Positions 43,900 to 54,783 of a DNA stretch of 64,000 nt are shown in pieces; position 1 is the first letter of the stretch; each line of letters opens with the position of its first letter. The notes beneath the pieces were generated by a model that was given only the letters and a program-made list of their open reading frames with translations, was not told the origin of the DNA and did no database searches. This DNA is from an uncultured Gemmatimonadales bacterium (GTDB lineage: Bacteria; Gemmatimonadota; Gemmatimonadetes; Gemmatimonadales; Gemmatimonadaceae). The DNA lies in the NCBI GenBank assembly GCA_963850905.1, contig CAWKMU010000003.1, positions 544,001 to 608,000 on the forward strand, read 5' to 3'. A program made the translations under genes and the position numbers.

Positions 43900-43953
43900 T
43901 CCAGCATCGCCCCGAAAAACGTGTGGAGTGACCCAGGACTCTGCTCGCGGTCG

Positions 43954-44454
43954 TCAAAGTCCTCGCAGCCGATCCGCGGCTTCGGTGCGCACTGCAGCCG
44001 CACCTTGCGCCGTCGCCATCTCTCGCGGCCCTGCTGGACCCTCTCCCCCCTCGGAGCTACTGGCGTGCTCGAACCGGCGCGCGCCGTTACCGCTGCGTGC
44101 AACCGCCCCAATGGCCGCGAGCCCAAGAGCGAGATACGGCACGCTCGGCCGCCCGCGGCGCCATCGCCACGCGGCCAGGACCGCCGCCGCACTCGCCATC
44201 GGCACGGTCGAGAAACCCGGTCGGCGCGACCTGACTGCCAGCCCTCGCTCGGGCGCCGCGTGCGTGTCCCCGAAGCCGCCAGCCGCCGCGAACGCGGCGG
44301 CCGCGGCCGCAGCGGGCATCACGTACCGGGCCACCTGCTGGAGCTTGGCGCTCCCGACAATCCGGCCGAGCACGTCCGCACCCAGACCGATCCCAAACAG
44401 TGTCAGCGGCAGATTGATCGGAGCGGTGTGAGTCTCCAGTGTTCGGTCGGTCAT
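43954..44454 (-). CDS. Hypothetical membrane protein (weakly DUF2231-like)
   Basis: GGAGG RBS; H.API.LPL.LF..G...D; hydrophobic segments. Confidence 0.55.
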   Translation of the reverse strand: MTDRTLETHTAPINLPLTLFGIGLGADVLGRIVGSAKLQQVARYVMPAAAAAAAFAAAGGFGDTHAAPERGLAVRSRRPGFSTVPMASAAAVLAAWRWRRGRPSVPYLALGLAAIGAVARSGNGARRFEHASSSEGGEGPAGPREMATAQGAAAVRTEAADRLRGL

Positions 44455-44619
44455 GGATGCCACCTCCGTAGCTGAGCGCAACTGTGCAACCCCGGCCCCG
44501 CCGCCAGCTCGTAAACGACCCGCTCGTGGCCCTGTCTACTCTCTGCGTGCGGTGATTCGGGCCTCCCGGACGCCCAGTGCCCGTGCCGGCAGCCTGAGCT
44601 ACTGTGCAAAAGCGGGACC

Positions 44620-45438
44620 CTAACGGATCCAATGCCCGATGCGGCCCCAGCGGATCTCGGTGAAGATACGGAAGTAGTCGAGGCCCGCCTCGGGATCGTA
44701 TGAGTAATACACGAAGAGGGGGCGACCCCGAAAGTTCTTGCGCGGTACAAAGCCCCAGTAGCGACCGTCTTTCGACTCATAGCGGTTATCGCCCAGCATG
44801 AAGTAATGCTCGGGCGGGACGAGCAACGGCCCCCAATTGTCGTGCGACGGCTCCGCCGGCGCCGACCCGAACCGTGTGTTCGTCAGGCCGAATGTCCGTT
44901 GCCACGCGAAGTCGGGGTCGGTCCCGTCCGGATGGGTTTCATTCCCTGCAAAGGCGGGTCCCTGCGGATACGAAACGCCGTTCACGGAGAGCACGCCGTT
45001 CCGCATGAGTACCGTGTCACCGGGCAGTCCCCAGAGGCGCTTGACGAGAGTCGGTGTGCTGTCGCCCATGTCGTGCTGTGGCGGCGAGACGAATACCACC
45101 ACGTCCTGTCGCTTGGGCTGCGCGTAGCCCGGCAGGCTGACGTCGAGCACGGGGACATGCGGGCCATACACCAGCTTGTTCACGAACAGCCAATCGCCGA
45201 CCAGCAGCGTCGGCACCATGCTGCTCGACGGGATGCGATACGCTTCGACCAGGAAGACGCGGACGAACAGAAAGATCAGGATCGCGCCGATGATCGATTT
45301 CGCATTTTCCCACGCGTGCGCACGGCGCACTGACGCTGCAGCACGCGCAGGCGTTGCGCGTGCCGCAGCGCTCGATCCATCGGCCGCCGACTGACCTGGG
45401 CGCTGGCCGCGCCGCCCAGGCGGCGGACTCACCATCAT
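44620..45438 (-). CDS. lepB: Signal peptidase I
   Basis: IPSSSMVPTLLVGD, LVKRL.GLPGD, YFMLGDNRYESKDGRYWGFVP. Confidence 0.93.
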   Translation of the reverse strand: MMVSPPPGRRGQRPGQSAADGSSAAARATPARAAASVRRAHAWENAKSIIGAILIFLFVRVFLVEAYRIPSSSMVPTLLVGDWLFVNKLVYGPHVPVLDVSLPGYAQPKRQDVVVFVSPPQHDMGDSTPTLVKRLWGLPGDTVLMRNGVLSVNGVSYPQGPAFAGNETHPDGTDPDFAWQRTFGLTNTRFGSAPAEPSHDNWGPLLVPPEHYFMLGDNRYESKDGRYWGFVPRKNFRGRPLFVYYSYDPEAGLDYFRIFTEIRWGRIGHWIR

Positions 45439-45511
45439 TGCAACTCCGACCTCGCCAACGTCGCCGGGCGCCGCTGCGGCGTGTACCGGCGACGCTCCGA
45501 GTGGGACAGAG

Positions 45512-45862
45512 CTACGCGTCCTTCAGGTGGCGGCTGACGAGCTTCGTCATGTCGAACATCGACACCCGCGTCTTGCCACCGAAGACCGCCTTGAGTTGGT
45601 CGTCGGCGTTGATCATGCGACGCTCCTTCGAATCCTGCAGTCCCTTCCGCTTGATGTATCCCCACAACTTCTTCGTCACCTCGGTGCGCGGCATGGGTTG
45701 CGATCCGACAACGGCGGCCAGCTGCGCGGAGGGCTGCATCGGCTTCATGAATGCGGCATTCGGCTTCCGCTTGGATGCGGCCTTCTTTGCGGGGCGGCGT
45801 GCTGCTGCCTTCTTGCCCGCACGCTTGGTCTTCTTCGCAGCCTTTTTCTTTTTGGTGGCCAT
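45512..45862 (-). CDS. SWIB/MDM2 domain protein with Lys/Ala-rich N-tail
   Basis: PNAAFMKP..PS..LAAVVG..P.PRTEVTKKLW.YIK..GLQD..RRMINAD; GAGGAG RBS. Confidence 0.9.
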   Translation of the reverse strand: MATKKKKAAKKTKRAGKKAAARRPAKKAASKRKPNAAFMKPMQPSAQLAAVVGSQPMPRTEVTKKLWGYIKRKGLQDSKERRMINADDQLKAVFGGKTRVSMFDMTKLVSRHLKDA

Positions 45863-46177
45863 CGGATGTCGCTCCTCGGGAAGTGGGACCTTGGCAGTAC
45901 CTTCTCGCCCGTGCGCCGCTGGCCGTCAGCGACGCGCCTACGAGTGGGCGCAGACGCGGTGCAAAGTACAGAGCCCAGAGACAAGAAACCAGAGGGAAGC
46001 GCCGCTGCGCGCCAGAGGGACGAGAGCGGAGCGAACAGGGGAAAGACGGAAAGTGCACGGGGTGCACGCTCTCGCTGATCGGCGAGTACGGGCACTGCAT
46101 GCACCGCCCTGTGGCGCCGTCCGCGATTATGCCCTCGGTCGCGCCGACGCACGTGTCGCCCTGCCGCGCCGTCCGCA

Positions 46178-47074
46178 TCACTGCATGACCCCGACGCGAA
46201 CCACTCGCTCCCCGCTCCGCGGCGTCCTGGGCTGTGCGCTCACAGGGACCGGCGCCGCCGCGCGCCATGCGACGGCGATGGTATCGTCCTCGAGCGCCAC
46301 GATCGGCGCCGATGCGGCGATGCCGCTGCCGGACACGTCGACCCGATCTTGAAAGCTGTGCCCCGCCGTCACCGAGACGGCGAGCATGAGCTGCGGGATC
46401 GGCACGTTGGGATCCTGGTAGGCGACCACCACGGTATCGCCGTGCCCAGCCACACTCGTCTCAGCCAGCCCCTCGCCATACACCAGTGCGACGGGAGCGT
46501 GGAACATCGACACGGTGTCGCTCGTACGGCCGCTCGCGGCCGTACGAGGCAGATCCATCAGGTGTTCATAGTAGACGCCCGCGCCGGCGTCTGGCTCGAC
46601 ATAATAGGCGAGGTGGGTGTACCCACTCAGTGGATCGAGTGCCACCGCCGGTGGCGGCCGAGTACAGCCGCGGACGCCTCGGTCGCGCGCATCTGCGGCA
46701 GGCGGCGTATCCCAGTGGGCGCCGTCGTCGCGCGAGCGCGCCAGCCGCAACACCACGCTGCTGTCCGAACGCGCCACCCACCAGGCAACCGCGACATCGT
46801 GCGCTCCTGCACGCGCCCACCGCACAGAATTGACACACGCCCCCGCGCCAAGTGCCGGCAGACCGCCGCCCGGAACGGCGATCGCCTGCGCGACCACCCG
46901 CATGGCCCCCGCCTCGCCGCGTAGGATCAGCGCGTCGAGCGGCCCCTGAGCACCCGCAAGCGGCTCCGCCTCGGCCACCCAGTGGACGGGTGCCGCCGAG
47001 CAGCCAGCGAGTAGAAACGCGGCGATGAACCACGGGCGCCGCGGGCGTTTGCGCGCCCAAGAGGGGAACAGCAC
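46178..47074 (-). CDS. Hypothetical lipoprotein with BNR/Asp-box-like motifs (start uncertain)
   Basis: Lipobox LAGC; SRDDGAHW and SVTAGHSF Asp-box-like motifs. Confidence 0.6.
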   Translation of the reverse strand: MLFPSWARKRPRRPWFIAAFLLAGCSAAPVHWVAEAEPLAGAQGPLDALILRGEAGAMRVVAQAIAVPGGGLPALGAGACVNSVRWARAGAHDVAVAWWVARSDSSVVLRLARSRDDGAHWDTPPAADARDRGVRGCTRPPPAVALDPLSGYTHLAYYVEPDAGAGVYYEHLMDLPRTAASGRTSDTVSMFHAPVALVYGEGLAETSVAGHGDTVVVAYQDPNVPIPQLMLAVSVTAGHSFQDRVDVSGSGIAASAPIVALEDDTIAVAWRAAAPVPVSAQPRTPRSGERVVRVGVMQ

Positions 47075-47114
47075 TAAAAGTGGAAAGTAGACGGGTACCG
47101 AATAGCTTTCATGT

Positions 47115-48813
47115 ATGGCTACCTTCGCCGGCTTGCGGCGCGTTCCCGCGCCCGTCAATGAGGTCGTTCGTCCCTATGCACCGGGGTCCAGCGAGCGCCG
47201 CGCTCTTCGAGCGCGACTGACCGCCATGGCCACCGAGCGCATCGACATTCCACTCATTATCGGCGGCACCGAAGTGCGCACGGGCAACATGCGCCAGGCC
47301 GTGATGCCGCACAAACATCGCCATGTGCTCGCCGATTGGCACCAGGCGCGCCCGGAGGATGTCACGCGTGCCGCCCGCGCCGCCGCGGAGGCGCGCCGCG
47401 AGTGGAGCCAGTGGCCCTGGGAGGAGCGTGCCGCCGTCTTTCTGCGGGCGGCCGAGCTGCTGGCGACCTCGCATCGCGATACGCTCAACGCCGCGACGAT
47501 GCTAGGCCAGTCCAAGACGGTCTATCAGGCCGAGATCGATGCGGCGGCGGAGCTGATCGACTTCTGGCGTTTCAACCCCCACTACGCGCAGGAGCTCTAC
47601 CAGGAGCAACCGATCAGCCCTCCGGCGAGCGGCGCGTGGAACCAGCTCGACTACCGGCCCCTCGAGGGGTTCGTGTATGCGGTGACGCCGTTCAACTTCA
47701 CGTCGATCGCGGGCAACCTGCCGACCGCGCCTGCCCTCATGGGCAACACCGTGGTCTGGAAGCCGGCATCGAGCGCGATGTTGTCGGCCTACTACCTGAT
47801 GCGGCTACTGGAGGACGCCGGCCTGCCGCCGGGTGTCATCAACTTCGTGCCCGGCGATGCACAAGCCATCTCGGCCGTCGCCCTCGAGCACCGCGACCTC
47901 GCCGGTGTCCATTTCACTGGCAGCACCGCCGTGTTCAACACGATGTGGCAGACGATCGGGAGCAACATGGGACGCTATCGCTCCTATCCCCGCATCGTCG
48001 GCGAAACGGGGGGCAAGGATTTCATCGTCGCCCATGCATCAGCCGATGCACAGGCACTCGCCGTCGCGATCGTGCGTGGCGGGTTCGAGTACCAGGGTCA
48101 GAAGTGCTCGGCGGCGAGCCGCGTCTACGTACCGCACTCGCTGTGGCCCGATGTCCGTGATCGGGTCGTCGAGCATGATGGAGGAGATCCGCTTCGGTGA
48201 CATCATGGACTTCCGCAACTTCATGGGCGCGGTCATCGACGCGCGCGCTTTCGCCAAGATCAGCGGATACCTTGCCGATGCCAAGCGCTCCGGCACGATC
48301 GTGCACGGCGGCGATGCGCACGATGACGTGGGCTATTTCATCGAGCCGACGCTCGTCGAGACGCCCGATCCCAGCGCCCGCATTCTGTGCGAGGAGATCT
48401 TCGGTCCGGTCGTGTCGGTGCACCCGTACCCCGACGCCAAATGGACCGAGACGCTCGCGCTCGTCGACCAGACGTCGCCCTACGCCTTGACGGGTGCCGT
48501 GTTCGCCCGCGACCGCGCGGCGACGCACGAGGCCGCCGCAGCGCTCCGCAACGCGGCCGGCAACTTCTACATCAACGACAAGCCAACCGGTGCGGTCGTC
48601 GGTCAGCAACCGTTCGGTGGCGCGCGTGCCTCGGGAACCAACGACAAGGCCGGCTCCAAGTTGAACCTCGTCCGCTGGGTCAGCGCGCGTGCCGTGAAGG
48701 AGACCTTCGCGCCACCTCGCGATTTCCGCTACCCGTTCATGGGCGAGGCCGCCCACGAGTCGATCGGTGAGCTGACTGGCGAAGCAACAGGCGTCCCCGA
48801 GGGCGCACTCTAG
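47115..48813 (+). CDS. pruA: L-glutamate gamma-semialdehyde (P5C) dehydrogenase (frameshift near 48171)
   Basis: RPLEGFVYAVTPFNFT, HFTGST, VGETGGKDF, FEYQGQKCSA; then EEIFGP, NFYINDKPTGAVVGQQPFGG. Confidence 0.93.
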
Positions 48814-48850
48814 TGGGCTCGCACGGCCAGCCGGCACGCATGCCGTCGGC

Positions 48851-49894
48851 GTGACGACACCGCGCCTCGGCTCCGCCGCCGAGGTCGTGTCGGATCCTCG
48901 ACCGATGTCAGCACCACCCGACGGGGGCGGCAAAGCCGCCCCCGCGCGCCGAGCCGTCATCCTCGCGTTCGCCGCCGTCTACATCACGTGGGGCTCGACG
49001 TATCTCGGGATCGCGTACGCCATCCGCACGATCCCCGTCTTTCTCATGGGCGCGATGCGGTTCACCGTCGCCGGACTCGTCTTCGTCGCCGTCGCCGCGA
49101 TACAAGGTGCTCCGCGACCCAGCGCGCGGCAGCTGCGCTCGGCGGCGATCGCGGGCGTCCTGCTGCTCTCCATCGGCAACACGGCGGTCGTCTGGGCGGA
49201 GACGCGCGTCCCCAGTGGCACCGCGTCGCTCCTCGTGACGACGCCCGTGTGGCTCGTGCTCATGGAGTGGATGCGGGGCCATCGACCCACGCGAGGGGTC
49301 GTGTGTGGACTCATCCTCGGCGCCATCGGCATCGCCATTCTCGTCGGACCTCAGGGAGTGGCCGGTGCCGGTCGGGTCGACCCGCTGGCCGCGTGCGTGC
49401 TCATCGCCAGCTCGTTGTTCTGGGCGTCCGGCTCGCTCTACAGCCGCTACGCACCCCTGCCGCCGTCACCGCTGCTCGCCACCGGCCTCCAAATGGTGTG
49501 CGGCGCCGCCGTGCTCTTCGTCGTCGCCGGTGCCACAGGAGAGATCCAGCACTTTAGCTTCGCCCAGGTCTCCACGCTGTCCTGGGCCGGCTTCGCCTAT
49601 CTCGTCGTGTTCGGCTCGTGGGTCGGCTTTACAGCCTATATCTGGCTCATGCGAAACGTGCCCACCGAGCACGCCGCGACCTATGCGTTCGTGAATCCCA
49701 TCGTCGCCGTCATTCTTGGCTGGGCCGTCAACCACGAGCCCCTGTCGCCTCGCACCGCGATCGCCGCCGTGACCATCATCGCCGCCGTCGCATCGATTAC
49801 GCTGACCGGCAGGGATCAGGGACCAGGGGTCAGGGGTCAGGGAACAAATCGAAAGGCCGGTCACGGTGCACGCTTACCGGCGTCGGACCGGTAG
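48851..49894 (+). CDS. EamA/DMT family transporter (alternative start 48905); C-terminal tail is repeat-derived
   Basis: AFAAVYITWGSTY, YLVVFGS, YAFVNP.VAV.LG; about 10 TMs. Confidence 0.9.
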   Translation: MTTPRLGSAAEVVSDPRPMSAPPDGGGKAAPARRAVILAFAAVYITWGSTYLGIAYAIRTIPVFLMGAMRFTVAGLVFVAVAAIQGAPRPSARQLRSAAIAGVLLLSIGNTAVVWAETRVPSGTASLLVTTPVWLVLMEWMRGHRPTRGVVCGLILGAIGIAILVGPQGVAGAGRVDPLAACVLIASSLFWASGSLYSRYAPLPPSPLLATGLQMVCGAAVLFVVAGATGEIQHFSFAQVSTLSWAGFAYLVVFGSWVGFTAYIWLMRNVPTEHAATYAFVNPIVAVILGWAVNHEPLSPRTAIAAVTIIAAVASITLTGRDQGPGVRGQGTNRKAGHGARLPASDR

Positions 49895-49975
49895 GGGCGA
49901 CGCATGGCGTCGCCCGTTGTTGTCGTTCGCGGTTGCCGTTCCCCTGACCCCTGACCCCTGACCCCTGGCTCCTGC
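49810..49975 (+). repeat. Composite REP element overlapped by the 3' ends of two convergent genes (REP at 49891-49915)
   Basis: cagggat cagggac caggggt caggggt cagggaac ... gttcccctga cccctga cccctga cccctgg. Confidence 0.92.
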
Positions 49976-50844
49976 ACCGCCAACCCAATCCGCCCCCACC
50001 GTATCCGCCCCGTCGTGCGATCGCGCGAGAAGTAGATCGTTCGCGGTCGGCCGAGGACGTCGCTGTCGGCGACAAATCCAATGTATCGACTGTCGATGGT
50101 CTCGCCCCGATTGTCGCCCAGCACAAAGTAGGAGGCTCGCGGCACGACCAGCGGACCCCACGTCGTCAGCGTCGGCCAATAGCTCGCGGAGTCCGACAGG
50201 ACCGCGTACGGGCGCTGCCAATCGAATCGCCGATCCCGGATGTCTCCTTCGTCCGCATGGATGGCGTAGGGCTCGAGCATCGGTCGCCCATCGAGCGACA
50301 GCACGCCGGCATGCATGGCGAGCGTGTCGCCAGGGACGCCGACCACGCGTTTCACGTAGCGTGTCTCCCACAGCTTGTACACGATGAGATCGCCGCGGCG
50401 AACCGGGGTGTTCCGTCGCGGTGCGACGAACAGTCGGTCCCCTTTTAGCAGCGTCGGCGCCATGGTGTCGGTGTCCACGCGGACTCGATCCGCAATGGCG
50501 CTCTCGACCAGGGTGGTCCACGCGACTGACGCGACCCACACGATGCCACAGGCCACGAGGATCGACGCCGGGCGCTGATACCACCGCCAGCCCGCGGCTG
50601 CCGGCCGACGGCGGACGACCCGGACGGCGTCCGCCGCGATGGCAGAGAGGACACCAATGTACACGATCGCGTACGCCGCGAGGCCAACGTGTCCCGCGAG
50701 GACGATGACGGCACCCGCCGCGAACAGCACGACCAGCCGACTCGCGAACCAGGCGGCCGCCCCGCGCCTCGGAGCCCCCGCGTACAGATGGCCCACCCCC
50801 GGCGCGATGAACGACAGGAGAGCAGCGGTCCAGGGACGGGGCAC
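49861..50844 (-). CDS. Signal peptidase I paralog with extra N-terminal TM domain
   Basis: PG.GHLYAG, TMAPTLLKGD, YVKRVVGVPGD, YFVLGDNR....DSRYIGFV, IRWGRIG. Confidence 0.85.
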   Translation of the reverse strand: MPRPWTAALLSFIAPGVGHLYAGAPRRGAAAWFASRLVVLFAAGAVIVLAGHVGLAAYAIVYIGVLSAIAADAVRVVRRRPAAAGWRWYQRPASILVACGIVWVASVAWTTLVESAIADRVRVDTDTMAPTLLKGDRLFVAPRRNTPVRRGDLIVYKLWETRYVKRVVGVPGDTLAMHAGVLSLDGRPMLEPYAIHADEGDIRDRRFDWQRPYAVLSDSASYWPTLTTWGPLVVPRASYFVLGDNRGETIDSRYIGFVADSDVLGRPRTIYFSRDRTTGRIRWGRIGLAVQEPGVRGQGSGERQPRTTTTGDAMRRPYRSDAGKRAP

Positions 50845-50871
50845 GAGGAAAGGGATGCTAGACGTCCAACG

Positions 50872-51535
50872 TCACTTCGTCCCCGTCCGCTGATCGTCAT
50901 CGTCGATCGCTGGATACTCGCCGCTCAACACGTCCAGCTCCCGCTCGAATGCGCGCACGGCCGGATCCTCAATGCGCTGGCCGGCTCGACTGACGTAGAG
51001 CAGCACGAGCACGCCAACGAGACCGGCCAGCGCGAGCGCGATGACATCCTCGTAACGGCGTACATGCCGCATCACGAGGTCGGCCGACCGACCGAACACC
51101 CACCCCAGCACCGTGAAGAGGCTGGCCCAGGTGAAGGAGCTGATGCCGCTGCCTGCGAGGTACTCGGCGAGTGGCACGTGCGCGGCGCCGCACGCGATCG
51201 GCAGCGTCAGTCGCAGCCCGTACGCATACCGCACGGCCAGCGAGGAGCGCCATGGGGCGCGGCGGACACCCATCAGCGTCCGCGCGAGTGGCCGACGCAG
51301 CCTCGGCCACCGCTTCCGGAGCCACACGCCGCGCCAGCGGCCCAGAAAGTATAGCCCGAGCCCGCCGACCCACGTCCCAATGGCGCAGCTCAGGGCCACC
51401 CACACGAGTCGCGAGATGCTGCTCGTGCGCCGCGATGCCGCCCGTGATCGGCGAGATCTCCTCGATCACGTTGCTGAGCGCTCCGAGCGAGACGTACGCC
51501 CAGAACGATGTGAGTAGGTCGAGGATCGACGACAT
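50872..51535 (-). CDS. DedA/VTT family membrane protein (frameshift near 51410)
   Basis: EE..PI.GG.AA, then G...LYFLGR..G, VRYAYGLR..LPIACG, W...F..LG..FG. Confidence 0.8.
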
Positions 51536-51561
51536 CGGCGAAAGCTATTGCCCCTGGGCGC

Positions 51562-54500
51562 TCAGTCCCCCGGGGCGCCCCCGGGCATCGGCATCCCCGC
51601 GACATCGCCGCGGCTTGAACCACCCGATGCCGATGCGTGCGCGTCCGGCGAGGCGCGGACCCGGAGTCGCGCGAGCAACCGATCGCGCCACTCGTCCAGA
51701 ATCTCGTAGAACGTGGGGATGACGAGCAGCGTCAAGATCGTCGACGTGACCACACCGCCGATCACCGCATCGCCCAGCGGCGCACGGAAGTCCGCGCCCT
51801 CTCCGACGCCCAGCGCAACGGGGATCATGCCGGCGATGAGCGCGACCGTTGTCATGAGGATCGGACGCAACCGAATACGTCCAGCCTCGATGAGCGCCTC
51901 CCGCGTCGACAGCCCGCGCTCCTCGCGCGACCACTTCGCGAAGTCGATGAGCAGAATCGCGTTCTTCGCGACGATGCCCATGAGCAGGATCACGCCGATC
52001 AGGCTCATGATGTTGAGCGTCTGCCTCGTCACGATCAGCGCGAGCACCACGCCGATCAGCGACAGCGGGAGCGACAGCATGATGGCCAGCGGATCGAGGA
52101 ACGATCCGAACTGCACCACCAGGATCAGGTACATGAGCGTCACGGCCACGACCGAGCGCGATCCCGATGCTGTTGTAGACGGTGGCCTGGTCCTTCACTT
52201 GACCGCCATAGGTGATGCGGACACCTGGCGGCCACGGAATCTTGCCCAACCGCTTCTGGATCTCCGAGGAGACCGCACCCAACGGCGCGCCAACCGGATT
52301 GGCGCCGACCGTCACCACTTCGTCTCGATCGAGGTGGTCGATCTCCGCGGGACCAAGTGTCGTGTTGATGGTCGCGACCTGCCCGAGCGGGATCGTCGTC
52401 AGCTGCCCCAGGTTCGTCCCCAACGGCAGCGACATCCCGGGCGCGAGCACGAGCGGCAGTTGTTCCAGATCGGCGGCGTTCGTGCGGAACTCCGGCGCCA
52501 GCCGCACAGTGACGTCCCGCGTCTTGCCCGTTGGATCGACCCAGTCGCCCGCGTGGACGCCGGCAAACGCAGGACGGAGCGACTGCGCGACTTGTCCAAC
52601 CGTGACGCCGAGCGTGCCAGCGAGCCCACGATTGAGATCGACCTCGAGCTCCGGCCGCTGCCCCTTGCTCGAGAGCCCGACGTCCGCTGCGCCCGGCACG
52701 CTGTCCACGACCGGCAGCAGTCGCTCGGCGAACCGCGTGGACCTCGGCCAGGTCGTTGCCGCGGACATCCGCCAAGATCTGCTTCCGGTTGTCGCCGAAC
52801 CCGTTCGAGAACACCCAGGCCGTGACCCCCGCGACGCGCTTCACCTCGTCGCGCACGAGGTTGGAGACCTCGTTCTGGCTCTGTCGTCGCTGCGCCTTGG
52901 GAACGCAGCCGGACGTAGAGGTCCGCCACGTCCACGGCGCCCGACCCCGCCGCGTCTCCGACCGTCGAGTACGTGTACGCCACTTCCTTGTGCGACCGCA
53001 CGATGCGCCCCAGCTCCTCCAGCTTGATCCGCATGTAGTCGAGATTCGAGCCCGGCGGCGTCTGCACCTGGATGTCGAACTCCGAGCGGTCGCTGTCCGG
53101 GATGAACCCGAAGCCTCCGATCCACTGCTGCAGGCCAATGGCGCCGGCGAACGAGCAGACGGCCAGCCCCACCATGACCCAGCGATGGTCGAGCGCCCAG
53201 GCGATCAACCCTTTGTAGGCGTCCGCCTGCCGATCGAACCACGTGTTGAACCGGGACAGGGCTCGCGCGACCGGATTGCGCAGCTCGTGCGTCCTCGAGC
53301 TGGGGGTCCGGCCAGTAGGCGGAGAGCATCGGGTCGAGCGAGAACGACACGAACAGGGACACGAGGACCGCGCACGCAATGGTCAGCGCAAAGGGCTTGA
53401 ACCACTGGCCCGCGATGCCGTTCATGAACGCGACCGGCACGAACACGGCGACGATCGAGAAGGTCGTCGCGGCGACGGCGAGGCCGATCTCGTCGGTGCC
53501 CGTGTGCGACGCCGTCGACGTGGTCTTTGCCCAGCTCGATGTGCCGCACGATGTTCTCCCGGACGACGATCGCATCATCGATCAGGATGCCGATCGCGAG
53601 CGAGAGCCCGAGCAGCGACATCGTGTTGAGCGTGAACCCCCAGGCCCACACCGCGATGAATGCGGCGAGCGTCGACACGGGGAGCGCGAGCCCCGTGATC
53701 ACGGTCGAGCGCCAGCTGTTCAGGAAGAGGAAGACGACGAGGACGGTGAGCAACGCGCCCTCGATGAGCGCCTCCTCGACGTTGCGGACGGAGTTGCGCA
53801 CGCGCTCGCCGGCATCCTTCACGATCGCCAGCTTCACGCCCGCCGGCAGCGTGCGCTGGATCGCGACCACCTGCGCCTTGATGTCGTCGGCCACCCGTGC
53901 CGTGCTCGTCCCTCTGGTCTTGGTGATGTCGAGTCCGATGCCCGGCTGATCATTGAGAAACGCGAGCGACCGCGCCTCGACCGTCGTGTCCTTGCACGTC
54001 CGCTACCTGGCCGAATCGCACGAGCTGCCCGCTTCGATTGGCTACCACGAGCTGGAGAAAATCCTGCGGCGTCTGCAGCCGGCCGACCAGGCGGATCTGC
54101 TTCTCCGTCAGGTCGCCCGTGATGCTGCCGACCGGCGCGGCGAGGTTCTGCGAGTTGAGCGCGTTGACCACGTCGGCGACCGCCACGTGCGCCGCCGCGA
54201 GATCGGGCGGCCGCACGTTCACCGCAATGGTGCGCGCGACGCCGCCCGACACGTTGACCTGCGCCACCCCGACGATGCCACGCAGCTCCTTCGTGATCCC
54301 GGGATCGGCGAGGATCGTCAGCTCGGCCGGCGTCATCGTCTGGGAGGTGAGCGCGAGCGACACGATCGGCAGCTCGTCGGGGTCGAGCTTCTTGATGATC
54401 GGCTCTTTCATCTCGGCCGGCAGATTGTCCCGGATCTCCGGAGATGGCGTCGCGGACATCCTGCGCGGCTTGATCCGCGCTCTTCGCTGAAAACGAACTG

Positions 54501-54780
54501 CAGGATGATCTGCGCAAAGCCATCGGTCGACATCGAGCGGATCTCATCGATCCCGCTGATCGCGTTGAACTGCTCTTCCATGCGGTCGACGACTTCGCGC
54601 TCGACCTGGCCCGGCGAGGCGCCCGGATAGGGCACGACCACCATCACGATCGGCTGGTCGATGTCCGGGAACTCGTCGACATCGAGATTGAAACAGCGAG
54701 ACAACGCCGAAGAGCACGAGCGCGAACATGACCACGATCGTGACCATCGGCCGCCGAATCGCGAAGTCGGAGATGAACAC
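51562..54780 (-). CDS. RND efflux permease (AcrB/AcrD/AcrF family); multiple apparent frameshifts
   Basis: [62 protein letters not shown] spread over several frames. Confidence 0.88.
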
Positions 54781-54783
54781 AGC

